This document shows positions 9,906 to 18,821 of a stretch of 64,000 nucleotides of DNA, in pieces. The first letter of the stretch is position 1. Each line of letters starts with the position of its first letter. Source of the stretch: Planctomycetia bacterium (lineage in GTDB: Bacteria; Planctomycetota; Planctomycetia; Gemmatales; Gemmataceae); NCBI GenBank assembly GCA_005772955.1, contig SXID01000149.1, positions 22,594 to 86,593 of the forward strand. The letters are read 5' to 3'. Under the pieces are notes generated by a model, which was not told the DNA's origin, did not search any database, and worked only from the letters and a program-made list of their open reading frames with translations. Both the position numbers and the translations under genes were made by a program.

Positions 9906-12167
9906 ATGGCCAACGACCTGATCACGAACCTGAACAGCCCCGCGGAGCGCCGCAAGCAGGTGCGGCTGCGCGTGCGCCCCGACCTTCAGGCGTTCGAGCA
10001 GAAGTACGAGGGGAAGACGTTCACCGTCATCAAGGATCCGGTGTGCCTCCGGTACTACCGGTTCAGCAAGCAAGAATACTTCGTGTTCCAGTTGTTCGAC
10101 GGCAAACACACGATGGAAGAGGTGCAGAAGCAGTTCGAGGAAGAATTCAAGCCGATGCGGTTAGAGCAAGCAGACCTGGAGGGTTTCGCGCGTCAACTGG
10201 TGACCGCGGGTCTGGTGCAGAACGAACAACCCGGTGCGGCGCAGCACCTGTTTCAACGGCGTGCCAAGCAGCGCCGGATGCGCCGGCTCGCGACCTTCTC
10301 CAACATCCTGTACCTCAAGATTCCGGTCTTCGACCCGGACCGACTGCTCACGTGGATGTTTCGCTACCTGTCGTGGATCTTCACGCTGTGGTTCTTCGCG
10401 CTCAGCGTCGGGTTGATGATCGCGGCAGTAGTTCACGTCACGCTGCACTTCAACACGTTCCAGGCGAAGTTGCCGGCGTACCAGGAGTTCTTTACGTGGA
10501 ACTCCGTGCTCTACATGTGGCTCTCACTCGGCGTGGTGAAGGTCATCCACGAGTTCGGGCACGGGTTGAGTTGTAAAGCGTTCGGCGGCGAGTGTCACGA
10601 AATGGGCATCTTGCTCATGTGCCTCTCGCCGGCGCTCTACGCGAACGTGACCGACGCGTGGACACTGGCCGACAAGTGGAAGCGGATCATCATCAGCTTC
10701 GCGGGCATCTACGTCGAGTTGGTGATCGCGTCCATCGCCACGTTCGTGTGGTGGTACACGCCCGCGTACCCCACCGCGAACAACATCGCGCTGTGTATCA
10801 TGGTGCTGTGTTCGGTGTCCACCGTGATGTTCAACGCGAACCCGTTGATGCGCTTCGATGGTTACTACATCCTCGCCGACTGGTTGGAAGTGCCGAACCT
10901 GCGCGAGAAGGCTACCAAGTTCCTGAACAACCTGTTCCTGTCGAAGTGCCTGGGCGTCGAGGTGCCGCCGGACGCGTACATGGCCCCGGGGCGCAAGTGG
11001 CTGTTCGTGATCTACGCGATCGCGAGTTGGGTGTACCGGTGGGTGGTGACGTTCAGCATTCTGTGGTTCCTTGCCGACTTCATGGGTCCGAAACTCAAAA
11101 TCCTGAGCCAGATGTTAGCGATCATGTCGCTGGCGTCGCTGTTCATCTGGCCGGGATACAAGGTGATCAAAAACATTCGTCAGCGCGGGCGGTTACCAGA
11201 CATGAAAGCGGCGCGGGTGCAGATCACCCTCGGTGTGTTCGGGTTGTTGCTCCTGGGGTTCTTTTTCCTGCCGTTGCCGGTGAGTCGGGTCCACGAGACG
11301 GGTCTGGTCGCGGTCGATCCCGACCACTTTGAAGGCGTGCTGCTGGCGGAACCGGCGCGTCTGGTCGCGATCGAAGACGTGGGACCGGGACAGAATGTGC
11401 GCCGCGGGCAAACGCTGGCGACCTTCAAGAGCGAGACACTGGAGGTCGAACTGGCGAAGGCGCAGTCGATCAAGAACGAGCAGTGGCTAACGGCGGGGTT
11501 GCTGAACGCTTCCGCGATCAAGGCACGCGGTGCGGGAGACACGGCGGCCGAACAGCGGTTCGCGGCGGAGTACAAGAAGGCCCGCGCGAAGGCCGAAACT
11601 GCCGCTGACGAAGTAACACGGTTGCTCGCCCGCCAGAACCGCTTGCGCGAGTTGAAAGCCCCACGCGACGGAGTTCTCCTCACCACGCCAAAGCGCGACG
11701 ATGTCGGCAAACTCTTCGACAAGGGTTACGCCGAAACGGCCCCGGTGTTCACGGTGGGCGACCTGGGCCGGCTGATTCTGAAGGTGCCGGTCAGCCCACC
11801 GGACTTCCGCGTGCTGAAGGACGACCTCGCGGTGTACGGCGAACTGGACGTGTCGGTGTGCGCGAAAGGCCGGAGCGACCGTACGTTCAGCGGGAAACTC
11901 CGCAGGTTGCCGGCACAGAACGCGGCCACGGTGCCGCTGGCGCTGACGCAACGCGGCGGAGGATCGCTCGCGGTCAAGCCGGGCGACGACCCGAACGTGC
12001 TCATCCCGCTGGCGCAGGTGTATCTGGTGGAAATCGCGATGACCGACCCGGACCTGACCATCGATCCCGGTCAACTCGCGATCGTGAAGATCCACGCCCG
12101 CTGGCGTAGTAGCGCCTGGTGGGTCGGCCGCGCGCTCTCCAACTCGCTCGACATCGGGCTGTATTGA
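9906..12167 (+). CDS. Site-2 (M50) metalloprotease fused to an N-terminal PqqD-like domain and a C-terminal HlyD-like adaptor
   Basis: HEFGH zinc motif, NANPLMRFDG (NxxPxxxxDG), multiple TM helices, 'LKAPRDG' lipoyl half and beta-barrel. ATG at 9906. Confidence 0.85.
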   Translation: MANDLITNLNSPAERRKQVRLRVRPDLQAFEQKYEGKTFTVIKDPVCLRYYRFSKQEYFVFQLFDGKHTMEEVQKQFEEEFKPMRLEQADLEGFARQLVTAGLVQNEQPGAAQHLFQRRAKQRRMRRLATFSNILYLKIPVFDPDRLLTWMFRYLSWIFTLWFFALSVGLMIAAVVHVTLHFNTFQAKLPAYQEFFTWNSVLYMWLSLGVVKVIHEFGHGLSCKAFGGECHEMGILLMCLSPALYANVTDAWTLADKWKRIIISFAGIYVELVIASIATFVWWYTPAYPTANNIALCIMVLCSVSTVMFNANPLMRFDGYYILADWLEVPNLREKATKFLNNLFLSKCLGVEVPPDAYMAPGRKWLFVIYAIASWVYRWVVTFSILWFLADFMGPKLKILSQMLAIMSLASLFIWPGYKVIKNIRQRGRLPDMKAARVQITLGVFGLLLLGFFFLPLPVSRVHETGLVAVDPDHFEGVLLAEPARLVAIEDVGPGQNVRRGQTLATFKSETLEVELAKAQSIKNEQWLTAGLLNASAIKARGAGDTAAEQRFAAEYKKARAKAETAADEVTRLLARQNRLRELKAPRDGVLLTTPKRDDVGKLFDKGYAETAPVFTVGDLGRLILKVPVSPPDFRVLKDDLAVYGELDVSVCAKGRSDRTFSGKLRRLPAQNAATVPLALTQRGGGSLAVKPGDDPNVLIPLAQVYLVEIAMTDPDLTIDPGQLAIVKIHARWRSSAWWVGRALSNSLDIGLY

Positions 12168-12188
12168 GAACATCTGATCGCGTAGCCG

Positions 12189-12328
12189 AGCATCTTCGAG
12201 TACATCGAAGCGTTCTACAACCGCGTCCGGCGCCACTCGTCACTGGGGTACGTTGCCCCAGACGAGTACGAACGGACGCATAACCAAACCCACCGCTAAA
12301 CACTGTCCACCATTCGTGGGGAACTCCA
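12189..12328 (+). mobile_element. IS3-family remnant (transposase C-terminus plus right inverted repeat)
   Basis: 12189-12299 encodes [28 protein letters not shown]...*, with an in-frame stop just upstream; followed by CTGTCCACCATTCGTGGGGAACTCCA ending in CA. Confidence 0.85.
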
Positions 12329-12388
12329 GGTGCCGGTTCAGGGTGTCGAGCATCCGTGCCGTCCTTCGCGATCCCCTTCGGGACGCGG

Positions 12389-13321
12389 CTAACTGAGAAG
12401 TGTCTTCTGCCACTCCACCTGTCGTGCTAAACCGGCGTCGATGCTCGTCGTTGGCTTCCATCCCAAATGGCGGAAGAGTTTCGTCACGTCGGCACCGGTC
12501 GCGAGTTGGTCGCCGGTGCGCGGCGGGTGGCGTTCGATGATCGCCGGCTTCCCAATGATGCGCTCCAGCTTCTTGAACACCTCCAGCACCGTCACCAGTT
12601 CGCCGCCGCCGAGGTTGAAGGTTTCGCCCGGTGTCGCCTGCGTCGCGCGGATCGTCGCTTCCACACAGTCCGCGATGTAGGTGTTGCCGCGAACCTGCAA
12701 TCCGTCGCCGGTGAGTTTAATGGGCTTGCCTTGAAGGATCGCATTGATGAAGAGGTGGTAGCCCATCTCCGGGCGCTGACGCGGGCCGTACACGCTGAAG
12801 TACCGCAGCACCACGGCCGGCACGTTCCACTCGTCGCAGTAGACGCGACACAGTTGCTCCGCGGCGAGCTTCGTGATGCCGTACGGCGAACTCGGGCGAG
12901 TCGGAAGCGATTCGTCGCCGCTCGCGTACTTGCCGTACACGGAAGAAGTGCTCGCGTAGATCACACGTTTCAGCGTGGGCGAACCCTTCAGCGCTTCGAG
13001 CAGCTGGTGCGTAGCAGTAAGGTTGTGGCGGTTGTAGCTATCGAAATCCAACCAGCTTCGCGTCAGCCCGGCCATCGCCGCAAGGTGGAACACCCACTCC
13101 GCGCCGCTAGCGACTTCAGCGGGCACGCCCTGCGACAGATCGAGTTCGCGGAACTGGAAGTGCGGGTGCTTGCGAAGATCCGCGAGGTTCCGCTCTTTGA
13201 TGGGTCGTGGGTAGTAGTCGGTGAAGCAGTCGATACCCGTGACCGCGTGACCGTCCGCGAGCAACCGCTCGCACAGATGTGAGCCGATGAACCCGGCCGC
13301 GCCGGTAACGATGCAACGCAT
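12389..13321 (-). CDS. NAD-dependent epimerase/dehydratase (extended SDR, nucleotide-sugar 4-epimerase-like)
   Basis: TGAAGFIG, STSSVYG, YGITK, LRYFSVYGPRQRP. Confidence 0.9.
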   Translation of the reverse strand: MRCIVTGAAGFIGSHLCERLLADGHAVTGIDCFTDYYPRPIKERNLADLRKHPHFQFRELDLSQGVPAEVASGAEWVFHLAAMAGLTRSWLDFDSYNRHNLTATHQLLEALKGSPTLKRVIYASTSSVYGKYASGDESLPTRPSSPYGITKLAAEQLCRVYCDEWNVPAVVLRYFSVYGPRQRPEMGYHLFINAILQGKPIKLTGDGLQVRGNTYIADCVEATIRATQATPGETFNLGGGELVTVLEVFKKLERIIGKPAIIERHPPRTGDQLATGADVTKLFRHLGWKPTTSIDAGLARQVEWQKTLLS

Positions 13322-13384
13322 GGTAGTCCCCCACGGGAGACTCTATCAGGTTGAGGAACGCGGTCGCAAGCCCGACCCTGGAAC

Positions 13385-13479
13385 AGTCGCGAGTTGCGAA
13401 TTGCGAGCGAAAGTCCAGCGGCCTTCGTTCTCGGGTCTTCTGCTCGCAACTCGCAACTCACCACTCGCAACTCACTTCT
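13385..13479. repeat. Heptamer-periodic inverted repeat
   Basis: AGTCGCG AGTTGCG AATTGCG ... CGCAACT CGCAACT CACCACT CGCAACT. Confidence 0.8.
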
Positions 13480-13885
13480 ACTCGTACAGGTCCACGAAGA
13501 ACTTGTTCCCGTCGTTCTTGAAGACGTACTTGTGGGCGACTTCCCAGTCATGAGCCGGGGCCGCGTTCTTCTTTAGCTTGTACGTGATGAAGAACGGTTT
13601 CTGCTTCGGGTCAAACTCCGAGTCGAACTTGAAGTGGAACTCTGGCGACTTGTTCTCGTTGGCCTTCGCGTAGGTGTGCCAGTGGAGCCGCTGTTCGCCC
13701 GGCTTCTGCGTGGCGTTGTGCCACGGGTCGTTGCCCCACATGTACTGATACGTGATCGTGTTCGTGCTCGAGTCCTCGATGCCGGTCACCGCGAACCGGT
13801 TCAGGGCGGATGTCGTGCCCGGGCTGAGCATCGTGGCGGCGATTGCGACAAGGGGGCGACCAGAGCGAGCAGTCTTGTGCCTCAT
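13478..13885 (-). CDS. Small hypothetical, probably secreted, protein
   Basis: 135-aa ORF with aromatic/Lys-rich beta-like composition and a weak signal peptide. Confidence 0.6.
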   Translation of the reverse strand: MRHKTARSGRPLVAIAATMLSPGTTSALNRFAVTGIEDSSTNTITYQYMWGNDPWHNATQKPGEQRLHWHTYAKANENKSPEFHFKFDSEFDPKQKPFFITYKLKKNAAPAHDWEVAHKYVFKNDGNKFFVDLYE

Positions 13886-14118
13886 TGTCGTGTTCCGTCA
13901 GAGAGGAAGGGTTAGGGTTGTTCTTTCGCGTCTCGCGTAGCGATCACTCGTCGCACCGCTTAGATCTCCAGTACGCGCCGCGCCCGACCTCTTGCGCTCG
14001 CGAAACTGCTTTCGGGAATTTCGCTCACGTGCCTGTTTCACCCGCACCAGAACTGCGGTTGCGTTGGAGAAGGAATCTACGTCGCGTATGATGGCGAATA
14101 CTTGGTGATCCAGGGGAG

Positions 14119-15471
14119 ATGCTGATGACACGGTTCGCGTTCGCCACTTTCGCGCTGCTCGTCGCCTGCGTCCCCGCGTTCACCGCCGACAAGGATCCAG
14201 CGCCCTCGGACGTGGGCTACAAGGCGATCACGCAAACCGCATTCATCCCGGCCTTCTGGACGCAGCAGGCGCTCCCTAATGCGTGGAAGCAGTGGGGCGT
14301 TGCCGAGAAGCCCGCGAACTACGGCGCGGCCGTGCTCGAACGCTATGGGCTGCACGCGGCCCCGTACCCGAACGACGGCCTCCCGATGGGGCTTCGCAAG
14401 GCGAGTCGCGTGCTGAACGTCGGCGTGGGGATCGACTGCATGCTGTGTCACGCGGGGTCGATCGCGGGGAAGAGCTACGTCGGTCTCGGCAACACAACGC
14501 TCGACGTGCAGGCGCTCTTCGAGGACATGGCGAAAGCAGACGGCCTCAGCGGGAAACTACCGTTCACGTTCTCGAATGTCCGCGGCACCACCGAAGCCGG
14601 CGGGTTCGGCGTGTACCTGCTCGGCTTCCGCAACCCGGACTTAACGCTCCGCTCACCGCGCAAGGAACTTGGACTGCGAGACGATCAGTGCGAAGACGTG
14701 CCCGCGTGGTGGCTCATGAAGAAGAAGAAGACCATCTACCACACGGGCGCGACCGACTCGCGCTCGGTCCGCACGCTCATGCAGTTCATGATGCACCCGC
14801 TCACCACGCCGAAGGACTTCGAGAAGCACGAACCAGCATTCCGCGACGTGCAGCAGTACCTCGTGAACCTCGAACCGCCGAAGTACCCGTTCGCGGTCGA
14901 CAAGGACAAGGCAGCAAAAGGCGAAACGCTATTCAAGCAGAACTGCGCGAAATGCCATGGCAACTACGGCGAACGGTGGACGTACCCGAACAAAGTGATC
15001 GCGCTCGAAGAGATCGGCACCGACCCGACCCGACACAAGGGTATCGACATCGCCTACGGCAACGAGTACTCCGCGTCGTGGTTTGGGAAGGAGAAGAGCG
15101 GTTGGTTCGTGAACGGCTTACCGCTGCGCGCAACGGACGGCTACCAGGCTCCGCCGCTCGATGGCATCTGGGCAACGGCCCCGTACTTCCACAACGCGAG
15201 TGTGTCAACGCTCGACGGCGTGCTGAACTCGAAGGCCCGCCCCAAACTGTACACGCGAAGTTACAAAACCGAAGAAGCCGATTACGACAAGGTGAAGGTA
15301 GGCTGGAAGGTGACCGAAGTGCGCGACGCAAACGACAAGCTCTCACCGCACGAGGCACGCAAGATCTACGACACGTCAAAGCCAGGCCGCGGTAACGCGG
15401 GCCACGTCTACGGCGACGACTTCACCGACGAAGAACGCGCACAAGTGATCGAGTACCTGAAGACGTTGTAG
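14119..15471 (+). CDS. Secreted di-heme c-type cytochrome (RoxA/MauG-like C-terminal signature)
   Basis: Signal peptide; CMLCH and CAKCH; GYQAPPLDGIWATAPYFHNASV; GNAGH near the C-terminus. Confidence 0.8.
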   Translation: MLMTRFAFATFALLVACVPAFTADKDPAPSDVGYKAITQTAFIPAFWTQQALPNAWKQWGVAEKPANYGAAVLERYGLHAAPYPNDGLPMGLRKASRVLNVGVGIDCMLCHAGSIAGKSYVGLGNTTLDVQALFEDMAKADGLSGKLPFTFSNVRGTTEAGGFGVYLLGFRNPDLTLRSPRKELGLRDDQCEDVPAWWLMKKKKTIYHTGATDSRSVRTLMQFMMHPLTTPKDFEKHEPAFRDVQQYLVNLEPPKYPFAVDKDKAAKGETLFKQNCAKCHGNYGERWTYPNKVIALEEIGTDPTRHKGIDIAYGNEYSASWFGKEKSGWFVNGLPLRATDGYQAPPLDGIWATAPYFHNASVSTLDGVLNSKARPKLYTRSYKTEEADYDKVKVGWKVTEVRDANDKLSPHEARKIYDTSKPGRGNAGHVYGDDFTDEERAQVIEYLKTL

Positions 15472-15486
15472 GAGTGTCCTGTTAGA

Positions 15487-15558
15487 CGCGACCCGTAGTC
15501 CGCGGAGGGGATCTCGCAACCGACGCGGCACGCTCCCCGACGCGGACTACGGGTCGCG
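15487..15558. repeat. 18-bp perfect inverted repeat between convergent genes
   Basis: CGCGACCCGTAGTCCGCG (15487-15504) / CGCGGACTACGGGTCGCG (15541-15558). Confidence 0.8.
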
Positions 15559-15568
15559 GCTCCACGAA

Positions 15569-16057
15569 CTATCCTCTTGGCGTGAGCCTCGTAATCTGCT
15601 CCGCAAGCGCCGGCCACTTCGCCACCAGTTCGGCGCGGCTCGCACTCTTGTAATCGGCGTAGTCGAAGCCCGGCGCTACGGTGCAACCCAAGAGTGCGAA
15701 GCCGTTGTCACCGATCAGGTGCGTGCCCTGCCACACGCCGCCGGGTACGACCAACTGCGGCACCTCTCCCTCCGCGATGTCTGCACCGAGAACCACTTCA
15801 CGCCCACTGCCGTCGGGCCACAGTTGTAGCATCCGCACCGACCCGCCGAGATAGAAGTGAAACACTTCGTCGCCGGGGAGCACGTGCAGTTCGGAGACGT
15901 GTCCCGGCTTGAGCAGATAGTAGATCGCGGTGGACACGTTGCGCGTCGCGCCGTGCGCGGCCATCGTCGTTGATGAGCGGTACGTTTCGCGGAAGTACCC
16001 GCCCTCGACCGGGTGGGCTTGGAGTTGCAGCAGGCGAATCACGTCGTCCGCGGTCAT
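15569..16057 (-). CDS. Cupin domain protein (DUF985 / Cupin_5)
   Basis: LQAHPVEGGYFRETYRS, STAIYYLL, DEVFHFYLG, GCTVAPGFDYAD. Confidence 0.9.
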   Translation of the reverse strand: MTADDVIRLLQLQAHPVEGGYFRETYRSSTTMAAHGATRNVSTAIYYLLKPGHVSELHVLPGDEVFHFYLGGSVRMLQLWPDGSGREVVLGADIAEGEVPQLVVPGGVWQGTHLIGDNGFALLGCTVAPGFDYADYKSASRAELVAKWPALAEQITRLTPRG

Positions 16058-16126
16058 GTCTTCCTCTGCGGAGCTTGTGCCGCTTGCGGCTTCGCGGGCG
16101 ATTTCACGCAAAGCCGCAAACGGCTC

Positions 16127-17629
16127 TCACGGCCCCGCGCTTGCGCGCTTCCAGGCTGCATCGAGCGCCTGCGTACTCTCGATGCCGTACTGCCGCTTCA
16201 GCGCCTGCGCGGTGCCATAGCGTTGCGCATCGCTCAAGAAGATCTTGAAGTTCCGCTCGCCGTTCAACTTGATGAGGTACTCCGTCACGCTCACGCTCTG
16301 ACAGTAGAAGCCGGTGATCTTGTCGCTGGGGAAGTCCTTCAGGTCGAAGAGCGTCGCGAGGTTCCGCAGTTCGCCATCACGTGCGCATCGCGGGAGCGTT
16401 CGCGTGTAGCGACTGATCTCCTCCGGCGAACCCGCGAGGATCGCCATGCCTTCCAGCGCCCATTTCGGCGGCGGCTTGTCCGCGAACAAGTCCGCGAGAA
16501 CAACGTGCGTGAGTTCACGCGGCAGCGTGTTCGTTACCATCGCGGTGTCATCGGCACGGAGGTCGATGCGGCGTTCCGTCGCACGCCCGTTGGTCAGCTG
16601 CACGCTCGCGTGTCCGGTGAACCCGGCTGGCTTGCGCGTTGCCTTCGCGTAGGCGGCGGCGGTTGGGTGAATCACAATGTCGCACTTCGCTTGCCACGCG
16701 CCTCCAGCCGGGCCGCTCCACCGCTCGAAGATCTGCTTGCGGTTCGCTTCGGCCGCCTTCGCGACCGCGTCGCCGAGTGTGCGGTCGCCGCCGTGATACA
16801 CGCGGAAGCTCGCAGATTCGATCATGTCGCCGTTTGCCGTGACCGGGGCCACCGCCTTCGCGGTGCCTGCCTTCGCCTGAGCAGCCTTCAACAGTTGCTG
16901 ACCCACCTTCTGAAGTTCCGCGTTCCGCGGAACAAGCTGCAACGCTTCGGCCACGTCCCGCACCACTGTGGCAGCAGTGGTGGCGTCACAAGTCGGCGAG
17001 TTCACGCGATCCGCGGCGAGTTTGATGCAGCAGTACGCCCACGCGGTCTTCTGCTCCGCAGTGAGTTTCGCCGAACCGATTGAAGCAAACAAACGGTCCG
17101 CATCCGCGTAGTTCGCCTTCTTGAACGCGGCCACGGCATCCGCCGCGAAGTCGTTCTCTGGCTTGGCGAGCGGGGGCTGTAAAGCCCCCGAGGGAACAAC
17201 CAACGACGGCCCCAGGTTCGGTTCCGGCAGCGTCACGGGAACGGTATTGGCGAGCGAAGGCTGTGAAGCACCTGTTGCGACCGGGCCTCCGAGCAGTGAG
17301 AGCTTGCGCCGCGTTTGGGCGATGCGTTCCGGTTCGGCAACTGGTGTTTTTTCGAGCCGGTAGAGTTCGGCGAGGTAGGCTTCGCGAAGCAGCGTGAGGT
17401 ACGTCTTGCTGCCGTCCGCGTTCGACACTTCCTTTTCGAGCGCCGCGACCGCTTCGGCCGGCAGTTGCGCGTCGAGGTATTTCCTTGCCGACTCCATCGC
17501 GGACTGCACCGCGAGGTGTTTCTCGACCGGTGAGGGGTCGGCGGCGGGCGCTAATGGCGTAGCGAGAAGAACGCCCGTGAGGGCGAGAGCGGTCGCGGAG
17601 CGGAGCATGGTGGCTGGCATCCTTGCCAT
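16127..17629 (-). CDS. Secreted protein with helical N-terminus and peptidase MA-like domain (RExxH variant)
   Basis: Signal peptide; TLPRELTHVVL...PKWALEGMA; FYCQS. Confidence 0.7.
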   Translation of the reverse strand: MARMPATMLRSATALALTGVLLATPLAPAADPSPVEKHLAVQSAMESARKYLDAQLPAEAVAALEKEVSNADGSKTYLTLLREAYLAELYRLEKTPVAEPERIAQTRRKLSLLGGPVATGASQPSLANTVPVTLPEPNLGPSLVVPSGALQPPLAKPENDFAADAVAAFKKANYADADRLFASIGSAKLTAEQKTAWAYCCIKLAADRVNSPTCDATTAATVVRDVAEALQLVPRNAELQKVGQQLLKAAQAKAGTAKAVAPVTANGDMIESASFRVYHGGDRTLGDAVAKAAEANRKQIFERWSGPAGGAWQAKCDIVIHPTAAAYAKATRKPAGFTGHASVQLTNGRATERRIDLRADDTAMVTNTLPRELTHVVLADLFADKPPPKWALEGMAILAGSPEEISRYTRTLPRCARDGELRNLATLFDLKDFPSDKITGFYCQSVSVTEYLIKLNGERNFKIFLSDAQRYGTAQALKRQYGIESTQALDAAWKRASAGP

Positions 17630-17717
17630 GTAGCGGCGAGTTGGGCGATTCGCGCCCGCCGCGGGGACGGCACTCTATACGCAGACACGCGAAGTGAGAC
17701 AAGCCCGATTGAGCGCA

Positions 17718-17811
17718 GAGGGGGAGGGCCGAAAGGGTGAAGGGGAGAGAAGACAAGAGCACGGCGGCTTTGTCCTCTCTCCCCTTCACCCATTCGGCAC
17801 TCCCCCCCTCT
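17718..17811. repeat. Purine/pyrimidine-skewed inverted repeat
   Basis: GAGGGGGAGGGCCGAAAGGGTGAAGGGGAGAGA...TCTCTCCCCTTCACCCATTCGGCACTCCCCCCTC. Confidence 0.7.
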
Positions 17812-18719
17812 TACTTCTTCGCCGCCGGTGGCGCAGTTGCCACGCCCAGAATCTTGTCCAGTTCCAACTTGATCTCCTTCGCTCCGACCGACTTCATGAT
17901 AGCCGCGTTCGCCTTGTCCAGAAGTTGCTTCTCCAGGTCCGGCTTGACGACCTTCACCATGTCGAGCACGAAGTCGCCCGCATTTTTCGCATCTTCACCG
18001 TCCAGACCGGCGGTGTGGTCGATCGTGATCTTGTCGTGGAACAGTTTCGCGTCCGTCACCTTGATGAAGAGCGTGACGTTCGGGAAAAACGAACCGGGCA
18101 ACTTCTCCGTCTTGGTCGTCACCTCGACCTTCATCATCAACCCCGCCTTGCAGTGGCCGCGAGTTTCACCGGAATAGAGTTGGTGACCGCGCTTCCAGAG
18201 TTGGTGTTCGACGCGGAAGTCGATCTCCATTTCCACGTGCAGTGTGAGGTTCGCGGTTTCCGCGGTGGGCTTGGTGAGTTCGGGAATGCCCACGGCCAGC
18301 GTGTCAGCCGGCTTGAGTCCTTGCACGGTGATGCGCCGCCAGAGGCCATCGTTGACCATCTGCCGCGGCACTTCTGGCCCGAACTTCTTTGGACTGCGCA
18401 GCATCAACGCACCGACGACGAACTCCTTCTGGTTCCCCCAGCCGTCGTTAGATTGGACGAGCGGGTTGGGGAAGTTCGTGAGCATCAGCGCGCGGAGCGT
18501 TTTGGCGAACGCCGCTGCTTCCGCCTCCGTTGGCTGCGCGACGCCCCTTGGCGTCTTCAGCGGGAGGGGCGTCGGCGTTTGCACCGGTGCCGCCTTCGGC
18601 ATGGGGTTGGGCAGCGGAAGCGGGATTGGCTCCGGGTCCGGTGGCTGCGCGGACGCCGACGCGATCAGCAGCGCACCCAGAATCGCGGTCGTGGCGTACC
18701 GAATCATGAAAGACCTCAT
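17811..18719 (-). CDS. Hypothetical secreted protein
   Basis: Signal peptide (AILGALLIASASAQ), Pro-rich linker, coding-like composition. Confidence 0.7.
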   Translation of the reverse strand: MRSFMIRYATTAILGALLIASASAQPPDPEPIPLPLPNPMPKAAPVQTPTPLPLKTPRGVAQPTEAEAAAFAKTLRALMLTNFPNPLVQSNDGWGNQKEFVVGALMLRSPKKFGPEVPRQMVNDGLWRRITVQGLKPADTLAVGIPELTKPTAETANLTLHVEMEIDFRVEHQLWKRGHQLYSGETRGHCKAGLMMKVEVTTKTEKLPGSFFPNVTLFIKVTDAKLFHDKITIDHTAGLDGEDAKNAGDFVLDMVKVVKPDLEKQLLDKANAAIMKSVGAKEIKLELDKILGVATAPPAAKK

Positions 18720-18821
18720 GTCGATCAGGAGTTCCAAGTGCCAAGTCAAAACCAAGAGCGACCCCAACCTCCGCCTTCTGTCTTCAACTTGGAACCTGGA
18801 ACTGCAGGAACTTCTCCGCTG

